This document shows, piece after piece, positions 22,548-34,091 of a stretch of DNA of 64,000 nt. Position 1 is the first letter of the stretch. The number at the start of each line of letters is the position of its first letter. Below the pieces are notes generated by a model. The model ran no database searches. It had not been told where the DNA came from and saw only the letters and a list, made by a program, of their open reading frames with translations. The DNA comes from Alphaproteobacteria bacterium. Its GTDB lineage: Bacteria; Pseudomonadota; Alphaproteobacteria; SP197. The translations under genes and the position numbers were made by a program. The stretch lies in contig OZ245842.1 of NCBI GenBank assembly GCA_965228895.1, positions 2,191,072 through 2,255,071 of the forward strand, written 5' to 3'.

Positions 22548-23710
22548 CGGAAGCGGCGCGGAGCGTCACGATTCTGGGCGTGACCGGATCGGTCGGCCGC
22601 AACACCGCCGATCTGATCCAGCGTGATCGCGACCGGTTCACCGTCGAGGCGGTCACCGCCAACGAGAGCGTCGATCAACTGGCGTGCATGGCCCGCGCCT
22701 TAGGCGCGCGCTGTGCCGTCATCGGTAACGGCGACCGGTATCAAGCGCTGCGTGATGCCCTGGACGGCTCCGGCATTGAAGCGATGGCTGGTCCTGAGGC
22801 TATTGTCGAGGCGGCCGACCGGCCGTCGGACTGGCTGATGGGTGCGATAAGCGGCGCGGCGGGGCTCAATCCCATTCTGGCTGCCATCAGGCGTGGCGCT
22901 CTTGTTGCCCTTGCCAACAAGGAAGCGCTGGTCTGTGCGGGCGATCTCGTGATGGACGAAGTCGCCGCATCGGGTGCCCGCCTTCTGCCGGTCGATTCAG
23001 AGCACAACGCGATCTATCAGGTTTTCGATTTCGACCAGACCGCCAAGGTCGACACGTTGATTCTGACCGCGTCCGGCGGTCCATTTCGGACCTGGACCAG
23101 AGAAGCGATGGCGAGTGCGACGCCAGAGCAGGCGGTCGCGCACCCCAATTGGCAGATGGGCGACAAGATTTCGGTCGATTCCGCGACCATGATGAACAAG
23201 GGACTGGAGCTGATCGAGGCTTATCACCTGTTCCCGGTCGACGAGAGCCAGATCGAGATCGTTGTGCATCCGCAGTCAGTTATCCACAGCATGGTCAGCT
23301 ATGTTGACGGTTCTGTGCTGGCGCAACTGGGGACGCCCGACATGCGCACCCCGATTGCCTATACCCTGGCCTGGCCCGCCCGGATGGTCGGTCCCAGCCA
23401 ACGCCTCAATTTCGCTCAGATTGGTAGCCTAACTTTCGAAGTGCCTGATATTGAACGATTCCCGGCGTTGAAGTTGGCACGCCAAGCCTTGCAATTGGGA
23501 GGGTCGGCTCCTACTATCCTGAACGCGGCAGACGAGGTTGCGGTGGCCGGATTCCTGGCGGAAAAGATCGGGTTTCTGGACATTGTGAACGTTGTCGGTC
23601 AGACGTTGGAGCTTGTGGCGGCCCGGCCTCTGGAATCGTTGGACGATGTGGGCGAGGTTGACGCAGAAGCACGGTGCGTAGCGCGGACCCTAATCGGCAA
23701 ACTTTGTTGA
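22544..23710 (+). CDS. dxr: 1-deoxy-D-xylulose 5-phosphate reductoisomerase
   Basis: 388 aa with ILGVTGSVG NADPH motif and LANKEALV. Confidence 0.9.
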   Translation: MTEAARSVTILGVTGSVGRNTADLIQRDRDRFTVEAVTANESVDQLACMARALGARCAVIGNGDRYQALRDALDGSGIEAMAGPEAIVEAADRPSDWLMGAISGAAGLNPILAAIRRGALVALANKEALVCAGDLVMDEVAASGARLLPVDSEHNAIYQVFDFDQTAKVDTLILTASGGPFRTWTREAMASATPEQAVAHPNWQMGDKISVDSATMMNKGLELIEAYHLFPVDESQIEIVVHPQSVIHSMVSYVDGSVLAQLGTPDMRTPIAYTLAWPARMVGPSQRLNFAQIGSLTFEVPDIERFPALKLARQALQLGGSAPTILNAADEVAVAGFLAEKIGFLDIVNVVGQTLELVAARPLESLDDVGEVDAEARCVARTLIGKLC

Positions 23711-23734
23711 AACTGAAGGTAACGGCGGTTCACG

Positions 23735-24865
23735 ATGGAGCTCTTTGAGACCGTTTGGTCATATGCCGTTCCCTTTCTCGTGGTCATCACGGTCATCGTT
23801 TTCTTCCACGAGCTCGGTCATTACCTGTTTGCGCGCCTGAACGGCGTCAGGGTCGAGGTGTTCTCGATCGGATTCGGGCGCGAGCTGTTCGGCTGGAACG
23901 ACAGCCACGGCACGCGCTGGAAGGTCGCGATCCTGCCTCTGGGCGGCTACGTCAAGATGTTCGGGCAGAGTGATGTCGGCCCGGATGGTGACGGTTCGGA
24001 GAACTGGACCGAACAGCAGAAGGCCGAAGCGTTTCCCAACAAGACGGTAATGCAGCGCTTTTGGGTCGTCCTGGGCGGCCCGCTGGCCAATTTCATCCTG
24101 GCAATCGTTTTGTTTGCCGGTGTCTTTGCCTTTGTCGGACGCAGCGAGACGCTCCCGGAAGCCAGTGTCGTACTGGAGGACAGCGCCGCCGAGCGTGCCG
24201 GCATCCAGGCCGGCGACATGATCGTCGCCATCGACGGCCAGCTCATCGAGCGCTTTGACGACCTGCAATACATGATCAGCACCCGGCCGGGCGTCCCGTT
24301 GAGCGTTGAGGTTTTGCGCGATGGCGAGACCGTCAGGCTGGAGGTCGTGCCCGACGCGGTGATGGAGGTCGATGACCTTGGCAACGAACGCGAAGTCGGC
24401 CGGCTGGGCATCAGCACCACCAGTGTCATTTTCGAGCGTGTGCCCGTGGGCGAAGCCATCTGGGGCGGTGTCGAGGAGACGCTCCGTTGGACGACCCGGA
24501 TCTTCGATTTTCTGGGGCAGGTGATCACCGGCAATCAGAGTTCGAAGGACTTGGCCGGTCCCCTGGGCATAGCACAGATGTCGGGAACGGTGGCTGAGTA
24601 CGGGGTTGCCAACCTTGTGATGTTCATGGCCATTTTGTCGGTGAATCTGGGTCTGATTAATCTATTTCCGATTCCGATGCTCGACGGCGGCCATTTGCTG
24701 TTCTACATCATCGAGGCCGTGAGGGGTCGGCCACTGAGTGAACGAGCGCAGGAGTACGGTTTCATGGTGGGTTTAGGACTGGTGGGGGCCCTGTTCCTTT
24801 TTGTCACCTTCAATGATCTGACGCGCTTTGGCCTTGTAGATTACCTCTCCCGACTGGTGTCTTAG
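23735..24865 (+). CDS. rseP: RIP zinc metalloprotease RseP
   Basis: 376 aa. HELGHY zinc motif, PDZ domain and LDGGH motif are present. Confidence 0.85.
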   Translation: MELFETVWSYAVPFLVVITVIVFFHELGHYLFARLNGVRVEVFSIGFGRELFGWNDSHGTRWKVAILPLGGYVKMFGQSDVGPDGDGSENWTEQQKAEAFPNKTVMQRFWVVLGGPLANFILAIVLFAGVFAFVGRSETLPEASVVLEDSAAERAGIQAGDMIVAIDGQLIERFDDLQYMISTRPGVPLSVEVLRDGETVRLEVVPDAVMEVDDLGNEREVGRLGISTTSVIFERVPVGEAIWGGVEETLRWTTRIFDFLGQVITGNQSSKDLAGPLGIAQMSGTVAEYGVANLVMFMAILSVNLGLINLFPIPMLDGGHLLFYIIEAVRGRPLSERAQEYGFMVGLGLVGALFLFVTFNDLTRFGLVDYLSRLVS

Positions 24866-24874
24866 GTCTTCGTC

Positions 24875-27166
24875 GTGGCGGGAGGATCTGTTCTGCGAGG
24901 CGCGCTATGCCTCTTTCTGGCATGGCTGGTTTTTGCCGGCACCGCGCCGTCGAGCGCTCAGGCTCAGACGTCGCAGATCATTGAACAGATCGTTGTTGAG
25001 GGTAATCAGCGTATCGAGCCGGAGACGATCGCCGGCTACATGACGATCCAAGCCGGTGATGCCTTTGATCTGCGCCGCATCGACGAGTCCCTGAAAAGCC
25101 TGTTTGCGACCGGCCTTTTCGCCGACATCAACATCCGCCGTGAGGGCGACGATCTGGTCGTGCGCGTGGTCGAAAACCCGATCATCAATCGGATTGCTTT
25201 TGAAGGTAACCAGTCGATCGATTCCGAAGAGTTGGAAGCCGAGATTCAGCTTCGCCCACGCACGGTTTACACACGCACCAAGGTGCAAAACGACGTCGCC
25301 CGCATCCTGGAAGTCTACCGCCGTGACGGCCGCTTCTCGGCGACTGTCGAACCAAAGGTCATTCGCCAGGATCAAAACCGTGTCGATCTGGTGTTCGAGA
25401 TCGACGAAGGCGAGCCGACCCTGATCCGCGAAATCAACTTTATCGGCAACATCGAGTATTCCGACAGCACGCTGCGCGAGCAGATCATTACGAAAGAATC
25501 GGCCTGGTACCGTTTCCTTTCGAGCGACGATACCTATGACCCCGACAGGTTGGCCTTCGACCGCGAACTTCTGCGGCGCTTCTATTTGTCGGAAGGTTTC
25601 GCAGATTTTCGCGTCGTGTCCGTTGTGGCCGACCTGACGCCAGATCGCGAGGACTTCTTCATCACCTTCACGATCGAAGAGGGGCCGCGCTACGAATTCG
25701 GTGAGGTCACGGTAGTCAGCGAGTTGCGCGGCGTCGAGGCCGAGGAGGTCGAAGGTCTGATCGAGACCGATCCTGGCGACTGGTATGATGCTGACGAGGT
25801 TGAAGAGGTCGTCGACAGCATCACTGAAGATCTGGGTGCTAAGGGTTTCGCCTTCGTCGATGTCGTGCCGCGGGCCGAGCGCGATCGCGAAAACCTGTTG
25901 GTCAACGTGGAGTACCTGATCCGCGAAGGGTCGCGAATCTACGTCGAGAGGATCAACATCTTCGGCAACGTGCGAACGCACGATGAGGTGATCCGTCGCG
26001 AGTTCAAACTGGCTGAAGGCGACGCGTTCAACGTTGCACGGCTTCGTCGCTCCGAGACCCGGGTGCGCGGCCTCGACTTCTTCAGCGAGGTTGTTGTAAC
26101 GACCGAGCCGGGAACGCAGCCTGACACGGTGATCATCAACACGGAGGTGGTCGAAAAGTCGACCGGTGACCTGACTTTGGGTGCGGGTTTCTCGACCTTT
26201 GACAATCTGTTGTTCAATGTGTCGCTGCGTGAACGAAACCTGTTGGGTGAAGGTCAGACGCTCGTCATCTCATTGGCGCTGTCCGGTCGCCGGCAAGACA
26301 TTGATCTCAGCTTTACCGAGCCTTATTTCCTCGACCGCGAACTTGAGGCCGGCTTCGACGTGTTCCGGCGGCGATTGGATCTGCAGGATGAGGCATCTTT
26401 CACCCAAGAAAACTTAGGCTTTGTTCTGCGCACCAAGTTCCCGATCACCGAACACTTGGATAACACCTGGTACTATACGTTGAATGAGGTAACGATCTCG
26501 GATGTCGAGTCCGATGCATCACGGCTGATCCAGGAACAGGAAGGAACGGCCCTGACGTCGGCAATCGGTCAGCAGCTTGACTATGACCGGCGCGATGACC
26601 CGCTGAACCCGACGAGCGGTTACCTGCTGCAACAGGGTACCGATTTCGCCGGTCTGGGTGGCGACGTGAAGTATCTGCGCAACCGGTTGGGTGCGACCTA
26701 CTATTATCCGTTCGCGGTTGATTGGACGGGTATTGCGAAGACGGAGGTGGGTTACATCGAAGGCCTGTTCGATGAGGATGTCCGGATCAACGATCGCTTC
26801 TTCGTTGGTGGTGCCAGCCTGCGCGGTTTTGAGCCGGCCGGTATTGGCCCCCGCGACCTGACCACCGATGACGCCTTGGGCGGCAACTTCTTCTGGACTG
26901 GCTCATTGGAGTTGACCGTGCCGCTTGGTCTGCCCAAGGAATTGGGTTTGACCGGCAGCGTCTTCACTGACTGGGGCACACTTTATGATTCGGACTCGAG
27001 CGGTCCTGAGGTCGTCGACGACAAGTCGGTCCGCGGCTCTGTCGGCATTGGCCTGGCCTATCAGTCGCCGTTCGGTCCGTTGCGTTTGGATTTTGCCCAG
27101 GCGGTCGTCGACGAAGACTATGATAAGACTGAGTTCTTTAGGTTTAGCTTCGGGACCTCGTTCTGA
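24875..27166 (+). CDS. bamA: Outer membrane protein assembly factor BamA
   Basis: 763 aa with signal peptide, POTRA repeats and C-terminal beta-barrel ending F-x-F. Confidence 0.9.
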   Translation: MAGGSVLRGALCLFLAWLVFAGTAPSSAQAQTSQIIEQIVVEGNQRIEPETIAGYMTIQAGDAFDLRRIDESLKSLFATGLFADINIRREGDDLVVRVVENPIINRIAFEGNQSIDSEELEAEIQLRPRTVYTRTKVQNDVARILEVYRRDGRFSATVEPKVIRQDQNRVDLVFEIDEGEPTLIREINFIGNIEYSDSTLREQIITKESAWYRFLSSDDTYDPDRLAFDRELLRRFYLSEGFADFRVVSVVADLTPDREDFFITFTIEEGPRYEFGEVTVVSELRGVEAEEVEGLIETDPGDWYDADEVEEVVDSITEDLGAKGFAFVDVVPRAERDRENLLVNVEYLIREGSRIYVERINIFGNVRTHDEVIRREFKLAEGDAFNVARLRRSETRVRGLDFFSEVVVTTEPGTQPDTVIINTEVVEKSTGDLTLGAGFSTFDNLLFNVSLRERNLLGEGQTLVISLALSGRRQDIDLSFTEPYFLDRELEAGFDVFRRRLDLQDEASFTQENLGFVLRTKFPITEHLDNTWYYTLNEVTISDVESDASRLIQEQEGTALTSAIGQQLDYDRRDDPLNPTSGYLLQQGTDFAGLGGDVKYLRNRLGATYYYPFAVDWTGIAKTEVGYIEGLFDEDVRINDRFFVGGASLRGFEPAGIGPRDLTTDDALGGNFFWTGSLELTVPLGLPKELGLTGSVFTDWGTLYDSDSSGPEVVDDKSVRGSVGIGLAYQSPFGPLRLDFAQAVVDEDYDKTEFFRFSFGTSF

Positions 27167-27747
27167 TGCGCGGGTCGGCATCGACACGGCGAACCTATGG
27201 ACTGCTATTCGCTTGTGCATTGTTTGCGGCGGTCGGGGGATTGGTGGCGACGCCCGCACTTGCCCAAGAGGCCCAACCGACGGTCATCGCAGTGGCGGAT
27301 GTTCAGCGCCTTTTGCGCGAGTCGACCGCTGGCGCGAGTTTGGAGGGGCAGCTGACCGAGATGCGGGCATCGCTCGCTGCCCTCGTTGCCGAGCGCGAGC
27401 AGGCGCTGCGACAGCAAGAGCAGGAACTTCAAGAGCAGTCTTCGATCCTGGCACCGGAGACATTTGCCGAACGTCGGCGAGCCTTTGAAGAGGACGTGAT
27501 CGAGTTCCAACGCGACGTGCGCGAACGCCAACGCACGGTGGATGAGGCATATGGCGAGGGCCTCAACCAGATTCGCTTGGCGATCATCGAGATCCTGCAG
27601 CAGATGGTCGAAGAGCGCGGCTATGATCTCATTCTGCCCCAAGCACAGATACTGGTTGGAAGCCGTGAACTCGACATCACCGATGACGTGTTGACCGAAT
27701 TGGACCGGCGGGTGCCGACCATCACCATAAGCATCGAAGAGAACTGA
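27166..27747 (+). CDS. skp: OmpH/Skp family periplasmic chaperone
   Basis: 193 aa with signal peptide, coiled-coil Q/E/R-rich body. Position between bamA and lpxD. Confidence 0.75.
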   Translation: MRGSASTRRTYGLLFACALFAAVGGLVATPALAQEAQPTVIAVADVQRLLRESTAGASLEGQLTEMRASLAALVAEREQALRQQEQELQEQSSILAPETFAERRRAFEEDVIEFQRDVRERQRTVDEAYGEGLNQIRLAIIEILQQMVEERGYDLILPQAQILVGSRELDITDDVLTELDRRVPTITISIEEN

Positions 27748-27748
27748 C

Positions 27749-28765
<1,017 letters not shown>

Positions 28766-28773
28766 ATGGGGGC

Positions 28774-29262
28774 ATGAACAAGCAGCCGGCCAAGGACATC
28801 AACCCACAGACGGGCGATACGATCGAAGCCATCGATGTCGAGCGGATCATGCAAATGATCCCGCACCGCTATCCGTTTTTGATGATCGACAGGGTCGTCG
28901 AGATCATTCCCAATGTAAGCGCCATCGGCGTCAAGAACGTCTCGATCAACGAGCCGCAGTTCCAAGGACATTTCCCCAGCCACCCTGTGATGCCGGGTGT
29001 CTTGATCATCGAAGCCATGGCGCAGTCCGCAGCGGTGCTGGTGGTTCAGACTCTCGGTAAAGACTTCGAAGGCAAGCTGGTCTATTTCATGTCGGTTGAT
29101 TCCGCGCGCTTCCGCAAACCGGTCATTCCCGGCAACGTCATGTATGTTCACGTGTCGAAGAAGCGCAACCGTGGCCCGGTCTGGAAGTTTGAGGCCGAGG
29201 CGAAGGTCGACGACGTGGTGGTAGCGGATGCGACCTATTCTGCGATGATTCTGGATAGCTGA
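28774..29262 (+). CDS. fabZ: 3-hydroxyacyl-[ACP] dehydratase
   Basis: 162 aa from internal Met with LPHRYPFLMIDRV...FQGHFP...PGVLIIEAMAQ hotdog motifs. Track ORF 28720 trimmed. Confidence 0.9.
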   Translation: MNKQPAKDINPQTGDTIEAIDVERIMQMIPHRYPFLMIDRVVEIIPNVSAIGVKNVSINEPQFQGHFPSHPVMPGVLIIEAMAQSAAVLVVQTLGKDFEGKLVYFMSVDSARFRKPVIPGNVMYVHVSKKRNRGPVWKFEAEAKVDDVVVADATYSAMILDS

Positions 29263-29267
29263 CGACC

Positions 29268-30068
29268 ATGGCGTCCATTCATCCGACCGCGGAGGTCGAT
29301 GCTAAAGCACAACTGGGTGACGACGTCGCCGTCGGGGCTTACTGCGTCATCGGGCCCGATGTTGTCCTTGGCGACGGCGTCATGTTGGAAGCCCATGTGG
29401 TGATCGGCGGCGACACCGCGATTGGTGCGCGCACGCATATCTTTCCGTTTGCCTCCATCGGCCTGAAGCCCCAGGACCTGAAGTACCGCGGTGAAGCCTC
29501 AAAACTCGTCATCGGCGCGGACAATCAAATCCGCGAGCACGTGACGATGAACCCGGGCACCGCAGGTGGCGGCGCCGTGACGCGCGTGGGCGACGGCTGC
29601 CTTTTTATGGTCGGCGCGCACGTTGCTCATGACTGCCAGATCGGTAACAGCGTGATCATGGCCAACAACGCCACGCTGGGCGGCCATGTCGTGATCGAGG
29701 ACTTCGCCATCATCGGTGGGCTGGCGGCGATCCATCAGTTCGTTCGTATTGGCCGTCATGCCATGGTCGGCGGCATGTCGGGGGTTGAGCAGGACGTCAT
29801 CCCCTTCGGCTCGGTCATGGGCGACCGAGCCCATTTGAGCGGGCTTAACCTGGTTGGTCTGAAGCGGCACGACTTCACCCGCGACGACATTCACGCCTTG
29901 CGCACCGCCTACCGCTTGTTGTTTGCCGATGAAGGCACAATGGCTGAACGTTTGGACGACGTTGAGGATGTCTTGGGCACATCGTCAGCGGTCCGCCAGA
30001 TTGTCGACTTCATGAAACTGCAGAGCCAGCGCGGCGTGTGTCAGCCGCGAGACGGGCATGCCGCCTAA
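29268..30068 (+). CDS. lpxA: Acyl-[ACP]--UDP-N-acetylglucosamine O-acyltransferase
   Basis: 266 aa with MASIHPTAEVDAKAQLGDDVAVGAYCVIG hexapeptide repeats. Confidence 0.9.
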   Translation: MASIHPTAEVDAKAQLGDDVAVGAYCVIGPDVVLGDGVMLEAHVVIGGDTAIGARTHIFPFASIGLKPQDLKYRGEASKLVIGADNQIREHVTMNPGTAGGGAVTRVGDGCLFMVGAHVAHDCQIGNSVIMANNATLGGHVVIEDFAIIGGLAAIHQFVRIGRHAMVGGMSGVEQDVIPFGSVMGDRAHLSGLNLVGLKRHDFTRDDIHALRTAYRLLFADEGTMAERLDDVEDVLGTSSAVRQIVDFMKLQSQRGVCQPRDGHAA

Positions 30069-30882
30069 ACTCGGAATCGTGGCCGGTGGCGGCACGCTGC
30101 CGGCACATCTCGCGCGGGCGTGCCAGCAAGCCGGGCGCGAGGTCTTTATCGTCGCGTTGAAAGGCCATGCCGATCCAGACGCCATCAGCCATCTGCCGCA
30201 TGCCTGGGTGCGTCTAGGCGGTGCCGGCAAAGCCATTGAGCTGTTGCGTCAACACGATGTCGAGGAAATCGTCCTGGCCGGTGACGTCAGGCGGCCGTCC
30301 TTGGCTGAGCTGAAACCGGACCTCAGGACAGTGCGGTTCGCCGCCAAGGGTTTCTTTAAGCAGGGCGACGACGGCCTGCTCGGCGCCGTGGTCAAGGCTT
30401 TGGAGGACGAGGAGGGGTTCCGCGTTCTCGGCGTGCAAGAGCTTATGGGCGGACTGTTGGCTCGCGAGGGTGATCTTGGCCGGATGTCTCCGAACGAGCG
30501 CGATCTCGCCGATATTGCCCGTGGAGTCGCCATTCTCGATAGTCTGGCTGGCGGCGATGTCGGTCAGGCAGTTGTCGTTCAAGACGGCATTGTGCTTGGC
30601 ATCGAAGCCGTCGAGGGCACCGATGGCCTCATCGCGCGTTGTGGCGTGTTGCGGCGCGATGCGCGCGGCCCGGTTCTCGTCAAACTGCCAAAGCGCGGCC
30701 AGGAACAGCGGATCGACATGCCGACGATCGGCCCCCGAACGGTCGAGGCGATGCTGGAAGCGGAGTTTGTCGGTCTCGCGGTGGCGGCTGGCGAGACCCT
30801 TATCGTCGATGCGGACGAGGTTATCGACAAGGCGGACGAAGGCGGTTTGTTTCTGTATGGCCTGTCACGCGGCGCGGCCTGA
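30058..30882 (+). CDS. lpxI: UDP-2,3-diacylglucosamine pyrophosphatase LpxI (DUF1009)
   Basis: 274 aa, GIVAGGGTLP start, DUF1009 architecture. Replaces lpxH between lpxA and lpxB as in alphaproteobacteria. Confidence 0.8.
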   Translation: MPPKLGIVAGGGTLPAHLARACQQAGREVFIVALKGHADPDAISHLPHAWVRLGGAGKAIELLRQHDVEEIVLAGDVRRPSLAELKPDLRTVRFAAKGFFKQGDDGLLGAVVKALEDEEGFRVLGVQELMGGLLAREGDLGRMSPNERDLADIARGVAILDSLAGGDVGQAVVVQDGIVLGIEAVEGTDGLIARCGVLRRDARGPVLVKLPKRGQEQRIDMPTIGPRTVEAMLEAEFVGLAVAAGETLIVDADEVIDKADEGGLFLYGLSRGAA

Positions 30883-30891
30883 ATCCACGCC

Positions 30892-32052
30892 ATGGAACCG
30901 CTCGTCTATCTGATCGCCGGCGAGCCGTCCGGCGATGTGCTGGGCGCTCGCCTGATCGAGGGTTTGCGTGAGCTGACCGATGGCAAAGTCCGCATTGCCG
31001 GCATCGGCGGCCCGTTGATGGAGGCGGAAGGTCTCGACAGCCTGTTTCCGATCGACGCGCTCAGCATCATGGGCATCGCGGAAATCGTGCCGAGTCTTCC
31101 CAAAGTCATGGGGCTCATTCGCCGCACAGCCGCCGACATCAAGCAGCGCCGGCCCGATGTCGTTGTCGCGATCGACTCAAAGACATTCTGTTACTGGGTG
31201 GCGCGAAAATTGAAACCGGCGCCGTGTCCGCTCGTCCAGTATGTCGCGCCGACGGTATGGGCCTGGAGGCCGTGGCGTGCCAAACAACTGGCGAGGCTGT
31301 TCGACCGCGTGCTCATGCTGTTCCCGTTTGAAAAACCCTACTTCGATAACGTGGGGCTCGACGCCGTTTTTGTTGGTCATCCCGCTGCGACACTGGCGAT
31401 TGAGTCCGAGGCGGGCCAAGTCTTTCGTGGCCAGCATGACATCGGCGCCGAAACCAAGGTTGTCTGTTTGTTGCCGGGCAGCCGGCGAGGCGAGGTGACC
31501 AGATTGCTCCCCGTGTTTGAGAAGACAGTCGGGCTGCTGGCTGAGAGCCATCCAGGTGTACGTTTTCTCATGCCAACGGTCCCGCATCTCGCTGAGATGG
31601 TGCGTCAGACAGTCAGTACATGGCCGCAGCCCGTGACCATTCTGGTTGGCGACGAACACCAGAAACGTGGCGCCTACGCGGCCAGTGACGTTGCGCTGGC
31701 GGCGTCCGGCACCGTCGCTCTGGAGCTCGCTGCGGCTGGCCTGCCGGGCGTCATCGCGTACCGGGTTCATCCGCTGACCGCGATGATCGTCAGGCGAGTC
31801 GTCCGCGTGCCGTATGCCGCGCTCGTCAACATAATCGAGGGGCGCGAGGTCATGCCCGAGTTTCTTCAAGAATACTGCGATCCCGTGGACCTAGCCGAGA
31901 CCATTGGCAGGCTTCTGGACGATGCTTCCCTGCGGGATGATCAACGGATCGCTATGGCGCATGTCATGGAACAGCTGGGCAAGGGCGGCGAGCCGCCACA
32001 CTTGCGGGCGGCCCGCGCGGTCCTGGATCTGTTGCCGTCGGACGTCCGCTAG
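30892..32052 (+). CDS. lpxB: Lipid-A-disaccharide synthase
   Basis: 386 aa with LIAGEPSGD start, GT-B fold. Confidence 0.9.
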   Translation: MEPLVYLIAGEPSGDVLGARLIEGLRELTDGKVRIAGIGGPLMEAEGLDSLFPIDALSIMGIAEIVPSLPKVMGLIRRTAADIKQRRPDVVVAIDSKTFCYWVARKLKPAPCPLVQYVAPTVWAWRPWRAKQLARLFDRVLMLFPFEKPYFDNVGLDAVFVGHPAATLAIESEAGQVFRGQHDIGAETKVVCLLPGSRRGEVTRLLPVFEKTVGLLAESHPGVRFLMPTVPHLAEMVRQTVSTWPQPVTILVGDEHQKRGAYAASDVALAASGTVALELAAAGLPGVIAYRVHPLTAMIVRRVVRVPYAALVNIIEGREVMPEFLQEYCDPVDLAETIGRLLDDASLRDDQRIAMAHVMEQLGKGGEPPHLRAARAVLDLLPSDVR

Positions 32053-32053
32053 A

Positions 32054-32473
32054 CTACCACTCGCCGGTGTTTTCCATCGATGCCCAGGGTTCCTGGGGCG
32101 CCAACGAGTCACCCTTTTGCAGGAGCTCGATCGAGATGTTGTCGGGTGAACGGATGAAGGCCATGTGGCCGTCGCGCGGCGGACGGTTGATGGTAACCCC
32201 GGCATCCATCAGCTTCTGGCAGACGCCATAGATGTCGTCGACCTCATAGGCCAGATGGCCAAAATTCCGGCCGCCATCATAAGCCTCGGGATCCCAGTTA
32301 TAGGTCAGCTCGACCTGGGCATCCTCATTCTCATCAGCGCCTAGAAAGACCAGAGTGAAACGGCCCTTCTCGTTCTCGTAGCGGTCGATTTCGCGCAGGC
32401 CCAGCTTGTTGCAATAGAAATCGAGCGACTGGTCGAGATCGGTGACGCGAACCATGGTGTGGAGGTAACGCAT
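32054..32473 (-). CDS. gloA: Lactoylglutathione lyase (glyoxalase I)
   Basis: 139 aa with [20 protein letters not shown]...[10 protein letters not shown], a near-identical GloA pattern. Its stop abuts the lpxB stop. Confidence 0.9.
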   Translation of the reverse strand: MRYLHTMVRVTDLDQSLDFYCNKLGLREIDRYENEKGRFTLVFLGADENEDAQVELTYNWDPEAYDGGRNFGHLAYEVDDIYGVCQKLMDAGVTINRPPRDGHMAFIRSPDNISIELLQKGDSLAPQEPWASMENTGEW

Positions 32474-32688
32474 ACGATTCCTTTCGGTCAGATAAGAAAG
32501 GCAGCCAGAATGACCAAGGCCAGAAGAACAATGACGGCCATCGACGTCAGGCGGCCGATCGACGAGGACGTCGGCCGGCGATTGTCATTGGCTGCCGGTG
32601 CGACGCGCATGAGCCGCCGCGTTGCGCGGTCCGGCGTGCGGTACGCTTCGTTTTGCCGTTGTATCGGCTTGGGCGACATCGGCGGCTA

Positions 32689-34029
32689 TCAGCTCCGTTG
32701 GTCGACAGGCACGTAGTCACGCCGCGCCGGGCCGGTATAGATCTGGCGCGGGCGCCCGATCTTCTGCGACGGATCCTCGATCATCTCGCTCCACTGGGCG
32801 ATCCAGCCGACCGTCCGGGCGACCGCAAAAACGGCAGTGAACAGGCGCCTGGGGATGCCCATGGCACGCAGAATGATGCCCGAATAGAAATCGACATTAG
32901 GATAGAGATTGCGCTCGACGAAGTAGTCGTCCTGCAGAGCGATCTTTTCCAGTTCCAACGCGATCTTCAGCAGCGGCTCGTCGTGAACACCGAGCTCGTC
33001 GAGCACCTCGTGGCAGGTCTCGCGCATGATCTTGGCGCGCGGGTCATAGTTCTTATAGACGCGGTGGCCGAAGCCCATCAGCCGGAACGGGTCATCCTTG
33101 TCCTTGGCCCGTTCGATGAATTCGGGGATACGATCGAAGCTATCGATTTCCTCGAGCATCTTCAGCACCGCCTCGTTGGCGCCGCCATGGGCGGGGCCCC
33201 ACAGGCTCGCGACACCCGCCGCCGTACAGGCGAACGGATTGGCACCCGATGAGCCGGCCAGACGCACGGTCGAGGTCGAAGCGTTCTGCTCATGGTCGGC
33301 GTGCAGGATCAAGATCAGGTCCATCGCCTTGGCCAGGATCGGGTTGACCCTGTAGGGCTCGCACGGCACCGCAAACATCATATGCAGGAAGTTCTCGGCG
33401 TAGTTCAGGTCGTTGCGCGGATAGATGAACGGTTGGCCAATCGAGAACTTGTAAGCCATGGCCGCGATCGTCGGCATCTTGGCGATCAGGCGATAGGACG
33501 CGACCATGCGCTGATAGGGATCCTCGATATCGCTGCTGTCGTGATAGAACGCCGAGAGCGCGCCGACCACACCGACCATGACCGCCATGGGGTGCGCATC
33601 ACGCCTGAATCCACGGAAGAACAGGTTGACCTGTTCGTGCACCATGGTGTGGTAGGTTACGTCGTTGCTGAACTTCGCGCTCTGGGCCGCATCGGGCAAT
33701 TCGCCATAGAGCAGGAGGTAGCAGACCTCCAGGAAATCCGCGTTCTCAGCCAATTGCTCGATCGGATAGCCGCGATACAGCAATTCACCCTTGTCGCCGT
33801 CAATAAAAGTGATGCGCGACTCGCAACTGGCGGTTGACGTGTAGCCGGGGTCGTACGTGAACATGCCGGTACCGCCATAGAGCGTCCGGATGTCGATTAC
33901 ATCGGGTCCGATCGTTCCCGACAGCACGGGCAGCTCAATCGGTTCTCCGTTGGATCCCACCTCGGAGAGCGTTACGGAATGTTTCTGCTCAGGACCATTT
34001 GGGGTCGCGCCAGCATCGGTCTGCGTCAT
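32689..34029 (-). CDS. gltA: Citrate synthase (type II)
   Basis: 446 aa from Met MTQTDAG with AAGGAG ribosome-binding site. GFGHRVYK and catalytic His/Asp motifs are present. Track ORF 34131 trimmed. Confidence 0.95.
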   Translation of the reverse strand: MTQTDAGATPNGPEQKHSVTLSEVGSNGEPIELPVLSGTIGPDVIDIRTLYGGTGMFTYDPGYTSTASCESRITFIDGDKGELLYRGYPIEQLAENADFLEVCYLLLYGELPDAAQSAKFSNDVTYHTMVHEQVNLFFRGFRRDAHPMAVMVGVVGALSAFYHDSSDIEDPYQRMVASYRLIAKMPTIAAMAYKFSIGQPFIYPRNDLNYAENFLHMMFAVPCEPYRVNPILAKAMDLILILHADHEQNASTSTVRLAGSSGANPFACTAAGVASLWGPAHGGANEAVLKMLEEIDSFDRIPEFIERAKDKDDPFRLMGFGHRVYKNYDPRAKIMRETCHEVLDELGVHDEPLLKIALELEKIALQDDYFVERNLYPNVDFYSGIILRAMGIPRRLFTAVFAVARTVGWIAQWSEMIEDPSQKIGRPRQIYTGPARRDYVPVDQRS

Positions 34030-34065
34030 GCAACGCTCCTTTGTCGCGGCAGGATGTGGAAAGCC

Positions 34066-34091
34066 GAAGGGCCAACATGGCGCGGCCCTTC
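34066..34091 (-). terminator. Candidate gltX intrinsic terminator
   Basis: GAAGGGCC-N10-GGCCCTTC 8-bp stem. On the minus strand it is followed by GGCUUUCC. It lies about 75 nt downstream of the gltX stop and about 37 nt upstream of the gltA start. Confidence 0.4.

Noticed and set aside
32459-32716. 85-aa plus-strand ORF spanning the gloA start, the spacer and the gltA end.
   Set aside because: It contains several AGA/AGG/ACA rare codons, overlaps two real genes, and has no ribosome-binding site. The complementary-strand 63-aa ORF was kept as the more plausible candidate.
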